From the NCBI GenBank assembly GCA_951406725.2, contig OX597826.1, positions 55,924,001 to 55,988,000 on the forward strand: 64,000 bases of DNA. The letters are read 5' to 3'. The position numbers were made by a program, and so were the translations under genes. Origin of the DNA: Octopus vulgaris (taxonomy: Eukaryota). Within the stretch, counting starts at the first letter, position 1. The number at the start of each line of letters is the position of its first letter. Under the pieces are notes generated by a model. That model saw only the letters and a list, made by a program, of their open reading frames with translations. It did not search any database and was not told the origin of the DNA. Shown piece by piece: positions 15,915 to 29,337 of the stretch.

Positions 15915-17607
15915 CAGCTGCATTGATTTTGCAGATTAAACCGTTCACGGTGGGATGGGGGGTATTCCACTAAGACTGTAGAGCAAGGACTAAAACCAGC
16001 AAAAAATAAGTAAAGCGTTAAGACTGAGTTTGAATGAAACGCTTCGCATGATTTTCTCTCACTTATTGAATGTTATTAATTGATCTTAGTCTGTGCTAAA
16101 TCGTTGGCGAAGTCGACAATATATTTTTGGCTTCGTTAATATCCTTCTGCGAGACACTCACGTGTCGAATTTAATACAGCTATGTTTGGTAATATATGTT
16201 TCAATATGTATAAGCAAGCTCGTAGTTTAGCGAGCTCATTAGTTTTAAGCGAACTAGATAATAGAAGTTTTGTCTTGCTCGTTGAGTTCTACATTAATTC
16301 TTTACACTTCACATATATCGAGTTAACCACAAAAATATTGCTTTCGCTTACACACACACACACACACACACACATGTATACACGCACAAACATACACGCA
16401 CATATATATTCATATTGTATATATGTATGTAATATATAATATACATACCTATATGAATATATATGTGCATGTATATATATATATGTGTGTGCGTGTGTAT
16501 GTGTAACTATGTATGTATGCATGTATGTATGTATGTATGTATGTACGCATGTATATATATGTATATATCTGTATCTGTCTATCTATATGTATATACATAT
16601 ATATATATGTACATATGAATGTATATGTATATATCCATACATACATACATACATACATGCATTCATACATACATACATACATACATACATACATACATAC
16701 ATACGTACATACATGTATACACGCAAACATATATATATTATACGTATAGAAAGAGAGAGAAAGATGAAGATAGAAGCATATATGTTTACAGAGAGGCGTG
16801 GAAAGACGACGTCTGTGAAAGAGGAAAAAAAGAAGTTACACATAACAGCAATACGGTATAATGAACCAATATGTTTAGATAATTATTTTGTCTGAAACAA
16901 ACGATAATTGAAAATGCCAGAAAATGGCTGAAAAGTTTCCCAGTCCGGAAAGATAATCTATCGACAGCTAAATACAGGATAGACTATATGTGCAACGATT
17001 GCAATTATGCAGCAATGACCGTTGTGAAAACTTAGTGATTAACGTCGAAAATGGAGTTGGTGCTCAGTCTTAACTTCTACAGGAGAAAACAAAAAGCTGA
17101 ACATGTGAAGGAATAAAGAGAATTGATGGATGAAGGTCACTGGTTCACATAAATAGAGGGCGTTGCTGTAGCAATACATGTGGATAATAACAGAAACAGC
17201 TAGCTATTGTTAGGCGTTCGTGATTATATCTAGCGGCTCAGCTGAATAGTTTTTATTTTTATTTTTATTTTGTTTTATTTCTTTTTTTTTTACAGATGAG
17301 GTCTAGATTGGCTGTGCGTGTAGCATCAGCCCTGTCCAGCTATGTGATCTGTATTTTTATTTATAGAGCAACTGCCCTTCGTTGCTGACCTGTAATTGGT
17401 CAGAGGAGTGAAAAGGAAGCAAACCTTTGGATTGCAGTTTTGGCAATATAGTATGAGTGTGTGTATGTGTGCGTGTGTGTGTGCGTGTGAGTGTGATGTC
17501 ATTATTATGAATGATGATCATACATCGTGAAACTTAAAGTTTGAGGTCAGCTTTGCATTTTGAGAACATGGAATAATATGAATGTAGTTCATGATTAATT
17601 CCTTTGA

Positions 17608-17780
17608 TAAGAGGTGTATTCCAGAAGTTTTGAAAATTTTTTTTCAAGAAGCAGATGTAATTAGTTTAGATTGCTAAATTTTCAGTATATTATTACGATG
17701 CATCGAATAAGCTGACCTGCTGACTTTTGTTATTCCAGATTGAAGTAGATGGCTGTACCAGCACTTTGAACATACTCTGA
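17608..17780 (+). mobile_element. Mariner 5' end remnant
   Basis: TAAGAGGTGTATTCCAGAAGTTTTG is the reverse complement (few mismatches) of the mariner end CAAAACTTTTGGAATGCACCTTGTA at 29312-29336. Confidence 0.5.
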
Positions 17781-18194
17781 TTACTCTTTTACTCTTTTAC
17801 TTGTTTCAGTCATTTGACTGCGGCCATGCTGGAGCACCGCCTTTTTAGTCGGGCAAATCGACCCCAGGACTTATTCTTTGGAAGCCCAGTACTTATTCTA
17901 TCGGTCTCTTTTGCCGAACCGCTAAGTTACGGGGACGTAAACACACCAGCATCAGTTGTCAAGCAATGCTAGGGGGACAAACACAGACACACAAACATAT
18001 ACACACACACTTATATATATATACATATATACGACATGCTTCTTTCAGTTTCCGTCTACCAAATCCACTCACAAGGCATTGGTCGGCCCGGGGCTATAGC
18101 AGAAGACACTTGCCCAAGATACCACGCAGTGGGACTGAACCCGGAACCATGTGATTGGTAAGCAAGCTACTTACCACACAGCCACTCCTGCGCC
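17781..18194 (-). mobile_element. SINE family A, full length
   Basis: Reverse complement of 15519-15914 consensus, with (ACTCTTTT) tail repeats. Confidence 0.9.
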
Positions 18195-18337
18195 TACTGA
18201 TTGTCACAGCTGAATTATTTTCGAGAATGCAATCGGAGCTTTTGGAAGCTCGTTATGCAATAAACTTTAGTTTTAAACTAACAAGAATGAATGGTATAGA
18301 AACATATGAAATGCTCCAGATTCCTTATGGAATAACA

Positions 18338-19125
18338 TTTTCTTATTTCTTTACTACCCACAAGGGGCCACGCACAGAGGGGACAAATAAGGACAGACAA
18401 ACAGATTAAGTCGATTATATTGACCCCAGTGCGTGACTGGTATTTATTTAATCGACCCCGAAAGGATGAATGGCAAAGTCGACCTCGGCGGAATTTGAAC
18501 TCAGAACGTAGCAGCAGATGAAATACCTATTTCTTTACTATCCACAGGGGCTAAACACAGTGAGGACAGACAAGGACGGACAAACGGATTAAGTAGATTA
18601 TATCGACCCCAGTGCGTTACTGGTACTTATTTAATCGACCCCGAAATGATGAAAGGCAAAGTCGACCTCGGCGGAATTTGATCTCAGAACGTAACGGCAG
18701 ACGAAATACCTATTTCTTTATTACCCACAAGGGACTAAACATAGAGGGGACAAACAAGGACAGACAAACGGATTAAGTCGATTATAACGACCCCAGTGCG
18801 TAACTGGTACTTAATTTATCGACCCCGAAAGGATGAAAGGCAAAGTCGACCTCGGCGGAATTTGAACTCAGAACGTAACGGCACATGAAATACCTATTTC
18901 TTTACTACCCACAAGGGACTAAACACAGTGAGGACAGACAAGGACAGACAAACGGATTAAGTAGATTATATCGACCCCAGTGCGTAACAGGTATTTATTT
19001 AATCGATCCCGAAAAGATGAAAGGCAAAGTCGACCTCGGCGGAATTTGAACTCAGAACGTAGCGGCAGACGAAATACCGTTAAGCATTTCGCCCGGCGTG
19101 ATAACGTTTCTGCCAGCTCGCCGCC
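18338..19125 (-). mobile_element. SINE family B (tRNA head + Meta-like central domain), four-unit stack
   Basis: One head GGCGGCGAGCTGGCAGAAACG at 19125 and four 183-184-bp units, each with B box GAGTTCAAATTCC (one copy mutated) and GGTCGACTTTGCCTTTCATCCTTTCGGGGTCGAT..AAGTACCAG. Confidence 0.9.
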
Positions 19126-20672
19126 TTTCCACGTTTCTGTAGACTTCTTGGTTGTTAATGAGTACCAGCCGGCTGCTGTTGCAGCTCTCTTTCCTTGTTA
19201 CATTTGAGATGTGCCACGGAAACAAGGACAAGAGGACTGGCTTTGAACGAAGGCATGATTCATACGAGCAAACCATTCTCGCTCGCGAGTGGCGGCTATC
19301 TGCACACTGTTACTACAGGTAACGATACTAAAGTCATTCATGTGCAGAGAGAGAACTGTAGAAGATACTACCGAACTTTGACTTACACCAGAGGTGATAT
19401 TACGGTGGATGGACAGTCCTATCCATGCATGCTGCGTATGAGCAGTCTAGCGATGAGAAGCGTTAGATAACATATTTGGGTAACTTAGTTAAGAGGCTCT
19501 CATACCAAATGGATTCAAAGTATTTGCCGATGTTGAAGAGATCGATATTGAACGATATTATCAAAATTCTTGACGGTAAAAAGCCAACAGTGTGTGACGT
19601 AAGAGCCGATGCCACTGTTTGGTCTAGCTCAACAGAAGCTGTACAGGTAGTCGCTAAGCCGTGCAGTTATTCAATACTAACAAAGGAAGACTGATTGTGT
19701 TAGAAAGGAGAATGTTTATGACCGTATTCATGGGACTTTTACATGCTGTAATTAAGCGCGATGTTTTGATTGATGACTGGATCAAAGAATTTCCCGTATT
19801 GAGAATGCAACATACTGTCGCGAATTCTCAGATGTGAGTATTAGATCTTTGGCAAGAGAGGGAGATTGAGAGAGGGGGGGAACAGACGGAGAGAAAGAAA
19901 GACAGAGCGAGACGAGAGAGTGAGAGAGGGGGGAAGTAGAGAAAGTGTGAAGAATGTGATAGCGATAGAAAGATATCTCTTAACAGTAGTAGGGATAATA
20001 AAAGGGACATCGTCACAGAACTAGTTATCTTGTTGGGGGTGGAATGATTTGCAGAGGCGTTCAACATTGGAGACTGTATATACGTAACTGTCTGACGCCA
20101 AAAATGGGGGATGTAAGTAGAAAAAGCGCTTTGTTGGGTGCGTGCAGAAAAGAATTAGAAACAAATTGAGGTAGAATACAAAAGCTTTTTCTATAACAGT
20201 TCTACACGCAGTACCAAGGCAAATAGGTGTGTACAAGGTTGAGAGAGACTCTCTTCAAAAAGGACTAGAAAATTCGGTTTCAGTTTGGGAAGCAAAAAAT
20301 CTTGTCCAGTTTTATAATTAGCTGAACTTTTTTGATAATAGTTAAAGCGATGTGACAGAGGCTAGTGGGTATAATGATGTGATATATGTTGTTTCATTAG
20401 CAAGAAGACTGTACTTCTGCAAAGAAACCTCGTAGTTATGTGATAATAACTACCCACATATTGTATTTTGTTTTATGACGAGTAACGATATCATCACCTT
20501 TTTTTTTTTAATTAAGCGGAAACAGCTGAAGTGGAGCTGGCAGAACTACGAAAACCTAACCATTCCATAGAATACTAACTACAGATTTAACCAAGAGATT
20601 TGTAAGAATGTTTTGAATGTAATTGTAGTTTAGCTCGAAGCTAATCGTGCTAGAGCTATTCTGTGATCAAAA

Positions 20673-20949
20673 GGATTCTAATAATGTAATCCACATTAGA
20701 TTATCCCATTACATTATCTCAATAGAGAAAGGTAATACTTTATGGAGAAATGGTTGCTATATCTAGCAGGTCGAGTGATTACGTAGAGGATTCTTTATTG
20801 ACGCTTTACTGGATTCCAATAATGTAATCCACATTAGATTATCCCATGTATTCTTTCTCAATAGAGAAAGGTAATACTTTACGGGAAAATGGTTGCTATA
20901 TCTAGCAGGTCGAGTGATCACATAGAGGATTCTTCTTTGACGCTTTAGT
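20673..20949. repeat. 138-bp tandem duplication
   Basis: GGATTC.AATAATGTAATCCACATTAGATTATCCCAT...GACGCTTTA at 20673 and again at 20811. Confidence 0.9.
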
Positions 20950-21564
20950 GTCTTGTTAATTCACAGTACTGAGATCAAATCATGCACTCATACGGAATTG
21001 AATGACAAAATCAATTCAATGATACGATGGTATCTTTTTTTTATGTTTATGAAAGATCTGTGAAGTGGCCAGAGAAAAAAAAATGCATTCCGGTGTTTAG
21101 TTTGCGTTATGAGATGAAATGTCACTTAAGTCGGACTTAGCATTTCATTCCACTGGAGTCCATAATATAATACCAGTCGTGTTCTGGCATTAATTTAATC
21201 CACCAAATCTTACTCAACGAATCTGCAACAATTTCCCAATGTTACAATTCCGTATTATGATTTGCTTAGGACAGAAATACTTTATATACTAGAATTATAT
21301 AGAAAGAGAATGTATGTGTTATTCATGCTTTCCATAGGGAATATTGCGAAGTGCATTCGAAAGGCCTTCAGAATCAAGTTCGGATTCCACTCATCCGGAA
21401 ATTAAATGTTGCTGCTCCACACTTAACACATATTTATAACATTTATTGACAAATGCTTTTGTTGAATGTTTTGCTGGTTTGCTGGCTTCAGAATAATTAT
21501 GGATACCATTCCTAAGTTTCTTTAATTTGCATCAAATAATATATATTTGAACGGCATACAACTG

Positions 21565-22760
21565 GAATAGCAAGTTCTTGTATCTGAGAGTCATACATTT
21601 GTAGCCACAAGGTCTTATATCTGAGTATAATACACCTGTCACAACAAGGTACCGTACCTAACACACATGATCGTAACAGCAATATCTCGTACCCGAGCAT
21701 CAAACAAATGTAATAGCAGTGTCTTCTAGTTGAGCATCATACAACTGTCACAGTAAAGTCTCGTGTTTGAGTAACATACATCTGTAACTGTAAGGTTTTG
21801 TATCTCGGCGTTATATAACTGTAACAGAAAAGTCTCATATATGAGTAACATACAACTCTAACTGCAAGATTTTGTATCTCAGTGTTATATAATTGTAACA
21901 GAAGATTCTCATATTTGAGTGTTATATAGCTGTAACTGCAAAGTCTTGTATAACAGTATTATACAATTCAACAGAAAAGTGCGGTAGCTGAGCGTCACAC
22001 GATTACACCAGCAGTGTCTTGTATCTGATCGTCACGCATCAGTAACTACGAGGTGTGATAGCGGAGCGTCAGGCAAGTGTAAAAATAATGCCTCCTGTCT
22101 TATCATCATACTATCAACCACACCGTTTCGTATACAGTTGTGACAGCAATGTTTAATATCTCAGTAACATGAAGGACCAACCCTTTGGTCACAAATGACC
22201 ATGGGATCACACCTCTCCGGGGCACAAGTCCGGGCAAGGTTATTTATGGAAGACCAGCAGTTACCCATGCATACTAGCCTCCCTTCTCCATGCCACCGAT
22301 GTTATCTAAGGGAAAGGCAAAGGCCGATACAGCTTGGCACTAGTGACATCGAAACTCATTTCTACAGTCGAGTGAAGTGGAGCAACGTGAAATAAAGTGC
22401 CTTGCTCAAGAGCACAACATGCAGCCTGGTCCGGAAATCAAACTCACTATCTCATGATTACAAGCCCACTGAGCTATGTGCATTCACATATCAGTAACAT
22501 ACAACAGTAGCAGTAATCTAGCGTATCTATTCCTTATGCAGCTGTACCAGAAATGCCTCATCGGTTGAGCATCATACAGTTGTAATAGATATATCATGTA
22601 GCTACCTTTCATACAACTGTAAAGAAAGATCTGGTAACTGAGCCTCATACAACTGGTTTCGTATAGTATCTGAGTGTTGTACTCAAATACGAAACGAAAC
22701 CATTCTATTCCTGTTAGAAAAGGAATAGCAAGGAATCTGAGCATCACACATTACAGCAAG
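21565..22760. repeat. Degenerate 37-bp minisatellite (about 20+ units), interrupted by a SINE
   Basis: Consensus approx. GCAAGGTCTTGTATCTGAGCATCATACAACTGTAACA, with 37-bp spacing at 21716, 21753, 21790, 21827 and 21864. Confidence 0.8.
22171..22490 (-). mobile_element. tRNA-derived SINE (family C type) with TSD
   Basis: Minus strand has GTGAGTTTGATTTCCGG (B box) and GCTCTTGAGCAAGGCACTTTATTTCACGTTGCTCCA. TSD TCAGTAACAT at 22161-22170 and 22491-22500. Confidence 0.75.
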
Positions 22761-23734
22761 AACTCTTATTAATTTAAGATATTTTCTTTTCCTGCTATTT
22801 TCCATTTTGTGTTATGGTTAAGCCAAAAGGTGTAAATGCAATAAGCATATCCCACCTTTTTCAGATCCCTCGGTACCGGTGGGAACAAGTTATCATCGGA
22901 CCGGAAACCTAGTTGAAAGGCTTAGAACAAGTGTTAAAAATACCCAAGACCCAAGTGGTGGCAGCTGCGGCAGAGGTGGAGGTGGTTGTTGTTGTTGTTG
23001 TTTTGCTGCTGCTGCTGCTGCTACTGCTACTCGTGATTTTTGATATTGGTGTTGGCCGTAATGATGGTTGTGGTTGTAGTTGTAGTGGTGGTGGTGGTGG
23101 TGATTATGGTGGTGGTGGTAGTGGTGGTGATGATGACGACGACGATGGTGATCGTGTTAGTGCTTGTGGTGGTGTTGCTGGTGGTGACGGTGGCGTTGAT
23201 GGCGGTGGTGGTTGTGTTGATGGCGGGGGTTGTGGTGGTGGTAGCGATGATGATGGTCGTTGTTCTATAGTGATGATGATGGTTGGAGTGATAGTGGTGG
23301 AGATGGGGGTGTGCTATTGGTATTGATGGTGGTGGTAGTGATGCTGATGGTGGATTTGATGTTTCTAGTGATGCTCCTGCTCTTGCCAGGGTGGTGTGGG
23401 TGCTGGTAGTGGCGGTGGTTGTCTTAGTGGTGGTGGTGGTGGGGTCGTCGTCTTCGTGATGGTGGTAGTCATCGTCGTCATGGTCGTGGTCGTGGTAGTG
23501 GTGGTCGTTGTCGTGGTCGTGGTGATGGTGGTAGTCATCTTCGTGGTGGTGGTGGTGGTGGTCGTCGTCGTCGTGGTGATGGTGGTAGTCATCATCGTCG
23601 TCGTCGTCGTCGTGGCCGTGGTGATGGTGGTGGTGGTGGTGGTGGGAAAACCGAGCAACAGCTTATAGCGTTTCAAACAAGACGACATTTAAGTCTTTGA
23701 GCGAAAATGAAAACATAATCCTTCTTTACCACAT

Positions 23735-23788
<54 letters not shown>

Positions 23789-24055
23789 GCACATACACAC
23801 ACGCACATACACACACACACACGTTTACACAGCAAAACGTCGCCCTCTCCCATCACACACAGACACATACGTATACCCACATACATATACCCACGAGCAT
23901 AGACACACATATATCCACATATACATATACAAAACCCATACATTCATACAAATTCGTTCTTAACTGCTCTGAAGTGTAAGCATCAATGTACCAGCTTCAG
24001 TTCCGCACAATCGAAGAATAAGTTCCAGGACCATTCTCTTTTCTTGGTGAAGCTC

Positions 24056-24086
<31 letters not shown>

Positions 24087-24801
24087 TGTATGTATGTATG
24101 TATGTATGTATGTATGTATGTATGTATGTATGTATGTATGTATGTATGTATGTATGTATGTATGTATGTTTGTAAGCATGTATGTATGTGTGTGTGTATG
24201 TATGTATGTATGTATGTGTGTATGTATGTATGTATGTATGTATGTGTATGTATGTATATATGTATGTATGTATGCATGTGTGTGTATACATGTATGCATG
24301 TATGTATGTATGTATGTGTGTATGTATGTAAGTATGTATGTATGTGTGCATGTATGTATGTATGTATGTGTGTATGTATGTAAGTATGTATGTATGTATG
24401 TATGTATGTATGTGTATGTATGTATGTATGTATGTATGTATGTATGTATGTGTATGTATGTATGTATGTATGTGTGTGTGTATGTATGTATTTATGTATG
24501 TATGTATATATGTATGTATGAATGTATCAGTCTGTATATATGTAAATATGAATGAACGAATGAATGCACACATGTATGTAAGTATATGCGTGTGTATGTG
24601 TGTGTGCGTGTGTGTGTGTGTGTGCGTGCTTGTATGTCAAAATCTATGTCTACAGGGCTGGATGTACGCATGTATGTATGTAATACACATACACATATAT
24701 ATATATATGCATACAAATATATGTACATACATATATAAATTTACATATTAGCAACTTATTGTATGTATATTTACGTATACAAATATTCCTCTCCCCCTCT
24801 C

Positions 24802-24864
<63 letters not shown>

Positions 24865-25216
24865 TCACACGTATAATATATACCGAGATATTTACATCCA
24901 TATATATATATACATCTACAAACATATGTACATATATATATTTATATGCATCCATGTGTGAATTTATAAATATACATATATATATATATATATATATACA
25001 CATATGTACATAATGCACACAGAAATGTAGATATTTATTCTAGCACTTATACGCACATATATCTCTATGCATTTATGTATAAAAATGTCTTTATTATATG
25101 CATATATAAATGTATAAATGTGCAAATGTATTTATCTCTGTATTTGCACATATACATATGTCCATACATAAAGACTTACACATATATGTGTCCATATGCA
25201 CATATGTATATATTAA

Positions 25217-25272
<56 letters not shown>

Positions 25273-26708
25273 ATGTATATGTATATAACTAATCAAGTCT
25301 GTTAGCCTAAGGGACAGCGTGTTTCAATTTTTAACAGTTGGTTTTAGCTGCGAACCCATCTCTTGACACAGCAATGATGATATATCCGTATCAGAATTCA
25401 TTGATTGGGTGAAATGATGCTTGGCTTGCTGTGCAGATCAATAGAAAATCGATATATCTTAATTCCTTTATTTGATGATGGATCTGTCTCTTATCATGTG
25501 TAGAATCATAAATATCTTATCAAAAATGCATTAGTGGAGCCTATTATACCCGAGGGCCTACTAAGCTTTTATGGTCAACCCTTTTATCTTCTTACACTTA
25601 ATTTCCTCACAAATATTATCAGCTGCATCGAATGGTTAGTAGGGTAACTCTATTGTTTGTTCTTCAACCCAAAACTTTTATTACTCAACACCTATCAGCT
25701 AAAGTCTCGAACATTGAGTGACAGTGATTCTAAAATATGTGTCCTTTACGTAAACGATGTATATGTATATATGTATATATGTATATATGTGTGTTTGTGT
25801 GTGTCTGTGATGGGTCAGAGAAAGAGAGAGTGAAAGAGAGAGGGGGGGTTGAGAGATGTAAGTGGGAATGAGGAACGGGGTGGAAATGGCGCTGGCTCGA
25901 ATTAAAGCTGTAAGAAATAAAAGTATTACATCTGATTCTCTTTTCCTGTATCTATCTTTCTCTTTATCTCTGTCTCTGGCTGTCTCTTTCTTTCTCTCTA
26001 TCGCTTCGTCTCTGTTTCTTTTCCTCTCGCTCGGTGTCCCTCTCTTTCATATCACCTTATTGCTCCCTCCTCGCTCTCCCTCGCTCTCCCTCTCGCTTTC
26101 TCTCTTTATGTCTGCTTCAACTCCCATTACACGTATTCATCTCAAATCAGTCGCAATGAGATATGTGTAAACAAGAGCACACACAGACTTACTACCTCTA
26201 TTTCTTGTGCTTTGAAAATGTTCAGCTTTTAGTAACAGCACCAGCGACAGCAGCAGCAGCAGCAGCAGCTCAAACAGTAGCAGCAGCCTTAGTTATATCA
26301 AACAGCAATGGCAGCAGCAACAGCGGAAGCAGCAGCAGCAGCAACAAAAAGTGCCATAGCAGGACCTACAGCAGCAACAGCAGCAGCCGGCTGCAGCAAT
26401 ATCAACTGCAAAAGCATCGGCAGCAGCAGTGGCAGCTAGAAATAATAGCTAAAATCTCCCTCAATTTACACACTCCAAAATTCTTACCTATCACAAGCAC
26501 ACTAGACAATCTAGTCTATGACACACACACACACGCATACACACATATATATATATGTATGTATATACACAAACATATATACATATATGTATATATATAT
26601 ATACATATATACATATATAACATATATACATATATGTATACATATATGTATATATGTTTGTATTGTGTGCGCGCGTCTGTGTGCGTGCGTGTGTGTTTGT
26701 TCGTGTGG

Positions 26709-26747
<39 letters not shown>

Positions 26748-27229
26748 AAGATCGTGTTTACCACGGCTGGATTATCTTGGATCATAAATTTGCTCAACCA
26801 GAGGTGATCCGGAGATAAACCATCGCCACCACCACCACCACCACAACCACCATCACAACAACTGTAATAATGACCTGGCATGACCGCCACGACATCAACA
26901 CAACCGTAGTTAGAATAATTGTCCTTCAAAGCGGTTCTCTAAAATTCCTAAAAATAGCAGCGCATAATCTTTGACTACACAACTGAAAACTTCTCAATAT
27001 CATTTTTAAAACCACATCAGATATTGGAGTTCTACACGATCCTAAAAAGGTGGAATAGTCACAGCTGGAACGTCTTTGAGCACAAATCAGTTGGATCAGG
27101 CTTGAAACAACAATCACCGCTGTTCTTGCTTTTATGTTAGCGCCTGGTGTATACCTAAGCAAAGTAACTTACCTCTACTCACCCATTCTGAAGCCTTACT
27201 CATGTTCATTGAAGACCTTGTTACTTCAA

Positions 27230-27587
27230 TTCACGTGATCACGTGACCAACCAAGCAATCAGATGTTGTTATACATCGCTGGTCATAACGCGCTTTTCGC
27301 ATTATTTTAGCCTTCAAATGATGCCACCCGGCTGGGTAGGAGGGCAAGCCAACAATCTCCCATTGATCGACGAGGAACTGGAAGAATGTGAAATGAAGTG
27401 CTTTGCTCAAGAACAGCATCGGCAGCAGCAGTGGAAACTAGAAATAACAGCTAAAATCTCCCTCAATTTACACACTCCAAAATTCTTACGTATCATAAGC
27501 ACACTAGACAATCTAGTCCATGACATACACACACACACACACGCATACACATATATATATGTATGTATATACACAAACATATATACA

Positions 27588-27625
<38 letters not shown>

Positions 27626-27812
27626 TACATATATACATATATGTATACATATATATATACATATATACATATATACATGTATACATATCGACGAGGAACT
27701 GGAAGAATGTAAAATGAAGTGCTTTGCTCAAGAACACAGCGTGAGCCCAGTCAGGAATTAGAACCCACAATCTAGCGATCGTGAGTGCAACAGCCGAACT
27801 ACTAAGCCGCTT
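27230..27812 (-). mobile_element. Degenerate family C-type SINE carrying an internal templated insertion
   Basis: GCGGCTTAGTAGTTCGG head and TTCTTGAGCAAAGCACTTCATTT on the minus strand; 50-bp direct repeat at 27366-27415 and 27687-27736 flanks the insert. Confidence 0.65.
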
Positions 27813-28655
27813 CAAGTAATTTGCTAAAACGACGGAGATTTTCCCAACGATTACCTTTCATGAATTACGCTTCTTTTCACCATCATAGCCCAACATTTAG
27901 ACTGCCAACTGGCAGAATCGTTAAAGCGTAATAAACGTAACTCATCTCGCATCATCCTCCAATGAATCTACCCTTGCTCACTGAAACCCCTGGTAGCATA
28001 AATAATTTGTAATCTACTAAAACGATGGATATTTGCCACCGACTACCTTTTCTTTATGTTTCTAGTCATAATTACAGCTCAGCATTTAATTTGCCAACTG
28101 GCAAAGTCGTCGAAGCGTAAGGCAAAATATCCTACGGTATCTGTTTCAGCTCTCTGTGCTCTGTGTTTGGTACATAGTCTCTGGCACTTCATTTAACTTG
28201 CAGATATTTTTGCACAGTGATTTGTAAAGCAGAACGTACTGGAGGGTTGAAACCAGCCACTAACTTGTGTGAAACGTGTCTGTAAATTGGATTAATCTTG
28301 CATTAGTTTATAAGTCTTACAATCCAAACCCTTAAGTACATATACAAATCTGGAAATGATATGGATTGTACCAAGATTATATGTCAAGGATATGACCAAT
28401 CGACCTGCTAGAAATAGTGACTAAATTTCTACCGTCATACAAAAGGGGAACATATTGATTAATGTCCAGCTAGTTATACAATACGTGATCGTCAAAGTTG
28501 GAACGTCTTTGATCATAAATCTTACCTGACCTTAAACAAGAACAATTAACAACAATAAAGAACTCATTTAAGTATGTCATCTTGATTACACGAATTGGCG
28601 GGATGGTCACATCAGGATTGACTGGGGCCAATCAACAACGATAAGTGTTTCTAAT

Positions 28656-29337
28656 TTGGATGAAACCGAGACGATCTACAAAGATTACTTTGTAGAAGCT
28701 TTTAGGGTGTTCAGGAAGAGATGTCATCGTAAAAGACCAGAGCACAAGGAGAATGCACCAGTCCGAAATTCCATCTTGATATCAAACATGACAGAGATTG
28801 TCATCAAGACTATCCCTCATCCCCTCCCTACAGTCTTGAGCAGTGGTTTTTTAATTAGGTCCACATGGCCCTTGGGGCTGGGTCAATAAAAGATTTTGAT
28901 GTTGAAGTTTATGTACAATAAATTGTTTATACTTCTACAATACACAAATCTTTTTTAAATACAAATCTTAATAATACTTAGTTATAAAAATATAACGTGA
29001 TATTCTTAAACACCAAATGGCTTTGTGGGGGGCCATCCGAGTAAAAGAGGAACCAAAGGGGCCCATGCTTGAGAAACACAAGTCTAAAGATTACTCTCGG
29101 TGACTTGCGATTCCTTCCCAAGCTGAAGGAGAAACTGAAGTGGCGTGTGACAAGTGCTCTGGACACTTTCACTTTTGGAGACTTCTGAGAGAACGTCGCA
29201 AAGAAGTTGGAACGCATCAACAGATGCATTGTTGTCAAAGGGTCCTATTTTGAAGGAGATTATCGTTATGTACATTCTTGAGGTTAATAAATGTCTCTCA
29301 TGGGAAAGTCACAAAACTTTTGGAATGCACCTTGTAG
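28656..29337 (+). mobile_element. Degenerate mariner transposase 3' part with right TIR, split by a hAT MITE
   Basis: TIYKDYFVEAFRVFRKRCHRKRP..ENAPVRNSILI..IKTIPHP, then after the insertion D..FLPKLK..VTSALDTFTL..RCIVVKGSYFEGD (mariner DNAP.H, YSPDLAP.D region, C-terminal G.YFE). Terminal AAAACTTTTGGAATGCACCTTGTA. Confidence 0.8.
28841..29081. mobile_element. hAT (Charlie/Buster-like) MITE
   Basis: Ends CAGTGGTTTTTTAA.. and ..TTGAGAAACACAA. 8-bp flanks GTCTTGAG / GTCTAAAG resemble the NTCTAGAN-type hAT TSD. Confidence 0.6.

Noticed and set aside
17260-17390. Strong splice-acceptor-like TTTTTTTTTTACAG followed by ATG
   Set aside because: Only a short frame follows, with no convincing donor or recognisable protein.
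25367-25433. C/D snoRNA candidate (CACAGCA-ATGATGA...TGCTGTG)
   Set aside because: Terminal stem and C box are present, but there is no CTGA D box before the 3' stem.
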